This document shows, one piece after another, positions 60,902 to 64,000 of a stretch of 64,000 nucleotides of DNA. The number at the start of each line of letters is the position of its first letter. The first letter of the stretch is position 1. This DNA is from a virus (lineage: Duplodnaviria; Caudoviricetes), in IMG/VR virus record IMGVR_UViG_3300013288_000001, positions 7,140 to 71,139 of that record, one strand, 5' to 3'. The notes below the pieces were generated by a model. That model had not been told where the DNA came from and did not search any database. It saw only the letters and a list, made by a program, of their open reading frames with translations. Position numbers and translations under genes: made by a program.

Positions 60902-61163
60902 TTACAGCATCTACGCCATGAGCAAGCAGTTCGCCAGCAGGCCGAGTACGCTATTAGGCGCTCACGATAGCCTGCTGGCGTGGTTGATCGACCAGGCCGT
61001 ATTCCGCTTTGGTTCCTACATTGATGCCAAGCTCTCGGAGCGAACCGACAAGGGCAAACCGAAGTGGAACCTCGATATGCTGCTGGCCGACGCGGAACGC
61101 CCGTATCAGGGCGGAATTCTCTCTATGATGATGACGCAACCGGGGGACGTGGTAGACGTGTGA
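60879..61163 (+). CDS. tail chaperone T segment, probably reached by +1 frameshift
   Basis: Frame open from 60852; FLRNRRASYSIYAMSKQFASRPS; no strong RBS before ATG 60918. Confidence 0.5.
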   Translation, partial: FLRNRRASYSIYAMSKQFASRPSTLLGAHDSLLAWLIDQAVFRFGSYIDAKLSERTDKGKPKWNLDMLLADAERPYQGGILSMMMTQPGDVVDV

Positions 61164-61205
61164 CCGCGTTTTGGGCTATCCTTGAGGCATTCAAAGGAGT
61201 AGCCC

Positions 61206-61415
61206 ATGTCCCGTCCCAAAGCCCCTCGCGTGAAACTCATCCGCATCAATCACGGTCTGCTCGGCTACCCCGATACGCGGCGCATTGAGAACACCATGCG
61301 AAAGTGGATGGGCAAGGGTTACACCCTCAAAGCGCAGCAGGACGAACCGCGCCGGGGGTGTTGGTCATGGGGCTACACCTTACTCACATTTGTGGAAGAG
61401 ATGAAACAGACATGA
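61206..61415 (+). CDS. hypothetical protein
   Basis: AAGGAG RBS. Confidence 0.55.
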   Translation: MSRPKAPRVKLIRINHGLLGYPDTRRIENTMRKWMGKGYTLKAQQDEPRRGCWSWGYTLLTFVEEMKQT

Positions 61416-61759
61416 GAAGCGCAAAAGTAATACGGTTAGGTGAATGCAATTGTTCGTCTACTGGTCATCATACGGTTGTGGGCAAGGTGGAAACGGATAG
61501 CGGCGGGATTGTCGGCTTTCACTACCTGATAGATGATGATGCAATCATCGGGGCGCGGGGGTGGGATGTTAAACCCTATGCCCGCTATATCATGAATGCC
61601 ATCCGGGAAGGCATAGCGCAAGCCATTGAGGATGGTTCACTAGAAGTTTTTGAGTATGACCGGGATGGCAATAAGCGCTACACCGATCTGCGCTATCACC
61701 CTGACGACTGGAAAACGGTAACGGTCAAACGCTTGCGTCGGTGGATTGAAGATAGTTAA
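61412..61759 (+). CDS. hypothetical protein
   Basis: ATGA coupling. Confidence 0.55.
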   Translation: MRSAKVIRLGECNCSSTGHHTVVGKVETDSGGIVGFHYLIDDDAIIGARGWDVKPYARYIMNAIREGIAQAIEDGSLEVFEYDRDGNKRYTDLRYHPDDWKTVTVKRLRRWIEDS

Positions 61760-61828
61760 GCTATACATCCCACAAACCAAAGTCTAACCACAGGCTTGCC
61801 AAAGCCATAAGTTTCCATTGCTCTAAAG

Positions 61829-61931
61829 TAGAAAATTTGTGCTAAACTAAGGCTGTCGAATAACCGCGAGGCGGTGTATCAGGCGTATTGTCGCTTTGGT
61901 ACACCGCCTCTTTGTTTTGAAACAGTAGGCG
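61829..61931 (+). promoter_or_regulatory. promoter plus attenuator-like leader, copy 2
   Basis: TGCTAAACT; ACCGC-GAG-GCGGT hairpin overlapping terminator 61868-61918. Confidence 0.7.
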
Positions 61932-64000
61932 ATGGCACCAGGACGCGATCCAGTCACAGGGCGATTTACATCTGGCGGAGGCTCTAGCATAGGGTCTACC
62001 GGCGGCGCGTCTTTAGGCGGTGCGACCGGCTATATTCGCATTGATGCGTCCTCAGTCGGCACGGCCATCTCTGGTGCTACCCAATCCCTCAATAACTTCT
62101 TCACTTCCACCGGCTCCCGGATGCAAGCCTTCGGTCAACAAATGGCCGGGGCTGGTTTGGGCTTGCTGGGTATCACCGCGCCAATCGTCGCAGTCGGCAG
62201 GGTAGGCTTAGACACTGCCGCTGATTTTGACGTACTGCTGAAACAGATTGAGTTGTTCGGCGGGGTAGCGCCTGAGCAAATGGAGACTGTTCGCCAATTT
62301 GCGATGCAAATGGGACAGGACACGAAGTTCTCCAACAACGAAGCCGCCGCCGCGATGCTGGACTTGCTCAAGTCAGGTATGTCACTCGAAGAGGCGATGG
62401 CAGCGCTCAGGCCGGTCTTGGACGCTGCGACGGTTGGCAACCTGGGGCTGGCTGAAGCGGCGGGGTTTGTCTCATCCGGGCTGGCGCAATTTAACCTGGA
62501 TGCTACTGAAGCGGCGCGGGTATCGAATGCAATGGCAGCAGCCGCCAATGTGAGCCGCGCTGAAATTCGGGACATCGGGCAGGCCATGCAGAACGTTGGC
62601 CCGGTAGCGGCGCAGTATGGCCTTGAGGTCGAAGATGTAGCGGGGATCCTCGCTGTCTTTGCTGACAATGGCATCATGGGCGCTGAAGCCGGTACGCAGC
62701 TCAAGTCCATGCTGCTCAATTTGAGCCGTCCTACAGACAGCGTCAAGGGCGCTTTTGAGCGTCTTGGCGTGTCCATGTACAACTCGGATGGCAGTCTCCG
62801 CAACTTCAACACGGTACTCTTGGAACTGGACGCCGCGCTCGACCGCCTGCCGATGGAAGAGCAAAACGAACTTGCTCAGACCTTAGCCGGTTCGTATGGC
62901 ATCATGGGCTTTCAGGCGCTACGGGCCGCCGGTGGGATTGACGCCACCCTTACGGCTATGCAGGACGCGCCTGCTGCTGCAAGCCTTGCCGAACAGTTCA
63001 TGAACACCTTTAGAGGGTCAATGGAATCGCTCACTGGTTCCGGCGAAACCTTCCTGACTGAGTTCCTGACCCCGTTCATGAACGATGTAGCAGGCCCGTT
63101 CGTGCGTCGGCTCACAGAAATCATCAACGGCCTGACTGACTGGGCTAGAGCCAACCCGCAACTGACCAAGACCATTGCTACAGTCGTCTTGGCAGTCGCA
63201 GGACTAGGCGCGGGCATGGCGGCTATCGGCGGCGTGCTATCCGGGGCGGGGACGGTCATCGGCTTCATTGGCACGGCACTGGGTGCGCTGATGAGTCCGA
63301 TTGGCTTAGTCGTCGCTGCAATCGCCGGGTTAGGGCTGGCTTTCAGCACCAACTTCCTCGGTATTCGGGACTTATTTGAACCCATTATCCAGAACATCAT
63401 TGACGGGTTTACCTTTGCGGTTGAAGCGGTCAGCATCTTCATAGACGACATTCAGTCTATCGGGATTGTAGATGCCATTCGCAAAGCCTTTGGGATAGAC
63501 GGTAGCGAGTCGTGGGTTGAAGGTGTGATTGCCAGCTTCTTAGGTGCAGGCGGGCAAGCAACGGGCGCTATGCGGGAACTGGCGATCAACATCACCAGCT
63601 TCTTAGGTTCAGCGGTTGAGTTCGTCCTGAACACCGTTATTCCAGGTATGCAAGCCTTTGGCACGCTGCTAGGTGACATCTGGACGGCGGTACAACCCGG
63701 CCTCTCGCAGATGGCCGATTGGTTCCTCAATACCGCGCTACCCGGCATTGCGAACTTCATCCAGACCATCGTCATTCCGGGCGTACAGGCGTTCATTAAC
63801 CTGCTGATTGGTATCTGGAACGCGGTTGCGCCGGGACTGGGTGAATTGATTACCTGGTTCACTGAAACGCTGGCGGTCGGCGTGGTCAACCTGGTCAATA
63901 ACGTCATCATCCCCGGCGTGCAAGGCTTCATTGACTTACTGGCTGGTATCTGGACAACGGTACAGCCGGTACTGGAAGACCTCTACAACTGGTTTATGAC
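61932..64000 (+). CDS. tail tape measure protein (partial, TP901-like core)
   Basis: Translated by hand from ATG 61932: MAPGRDPVTGRFT...MGQDTKFSNNEAAAAMLDLLKSG...; Ala/Gly-rich; runs off the window. Confidence 0.9.
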   Translation, partial: MAPGRDPVTGRFTSGGGSSIGSTGGASLGGATGYIRIDASSVGTAISGATQSLNNFFTSTGSRMQAFGQQMAGAGLGLLGITAPIVAVGRVGLDTAADFDVLLKQIELFGGVAPEQMETVRQFAMQMGQDTKFSNNEAAAAMLDLLKSGMSLEEAMAALRPVLDAATVGNLGLAEAAGFVSSGLAQFNLDATEAARVSNAMAAAANVSRAEIRDIGQAMQNVGPVAAQYGLEVEDVAGILAVFADNGIMGAEAGTQLKSMLLNLSRPTDSVKGAFERLGVSMYNSDGSLRNFNTVLLELDAALDRLPMEEQNELAQTLAGSYGIMGFQALRAAGGIDATLTAMQDAPAAASLAEQFMNTFRGSMESLTGSGETFLTEFLTPFMNDVAGPFVRRLTEIINGLTDWARANPQLTKTIATVVLAVAGLGAGMAAIGGVLSGAGTVIGFIGTALGALMSPIGLVVAAIAGLGLAFSTNFLGIRDLFEPIIQNIIDGFTFAVEAVSIFIDDIQSIGIVDAIRKAFGIDGSESWVEGVIASFLGAGGQATGAMRELAINITSFLGSAVEFVLNTVIPGMQAFGTLLGDIWTAVQPGLSQMADWFLNTALPGIANFIQTIVIPGVQAFINLLIGIWNAVAPGLGELITWFTETLAVGVVNLVNNVIIPGVQGFIDLLAGIWTTVQPVLEDLYNWFM

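Noticed and set aside
62135-63931. Several long minus-strand ORFs (up to 225 aa)
   Set aside because: Shadow frames of the GC-rich tape measure gene, with no motifs or RBS, unlike the intein antisense ORF.

Overview
A 64-kb stretch of a temperate, long-tailed (siphovirus-like) phage genome, cut at both ends. Left to right: small leftward accessory genes with a dUTPase; a rightward lysis cassette (two membrane proteins plus a clan GH-A glycoside hydrolase with two SH3b domains); C5 and N4/N6 DNA methyltransferases; a replication and recombination block (DnaG, DnaB, initiator with internal iterons, RecT-like annealase); a control region with ribbon-helix-helix genes and Gram-positive/Chloroflexota-type LexA boxes (GAAC-N4-GTTC); an actin-like ParM/ParR partition module beside a MerR-HTH coiled-coil gene, suggesting a plasmid-like prophage; a ~585-nt non-coding, highly structured transcription unit with an embedded tRNA-shaped cloverleaf; terminases; a ~10-kb block of fibre/decoration, glycosyltransferase and methyltransferase genes; a portal fused to a 2H phosphoesterase; a head-morphogenesis protein split by a 400-aa intein whose centre encodes a DUF559/Vsr-like endonuclease on the opposite strand with its own promoter; then scaffold/protease, capsid, glycosyltransferase, neck and tail genes and the start of the tape measure gene. 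The host is probably a monoderm bacterium, possibly Chloroflexota (inferred from the LexA box type, the SH3b lysin and the lack of a recognisable spanin pair). All assignments come from reading motifs by eye; no database searches were run. Most notable: the antisense endonuclease inside the intein, the large ncRNA, two copies of an attenuator-like leader, the portal-2H fusion and an 8-copy AAGTGAT-N8-GTATAAT promoter family.
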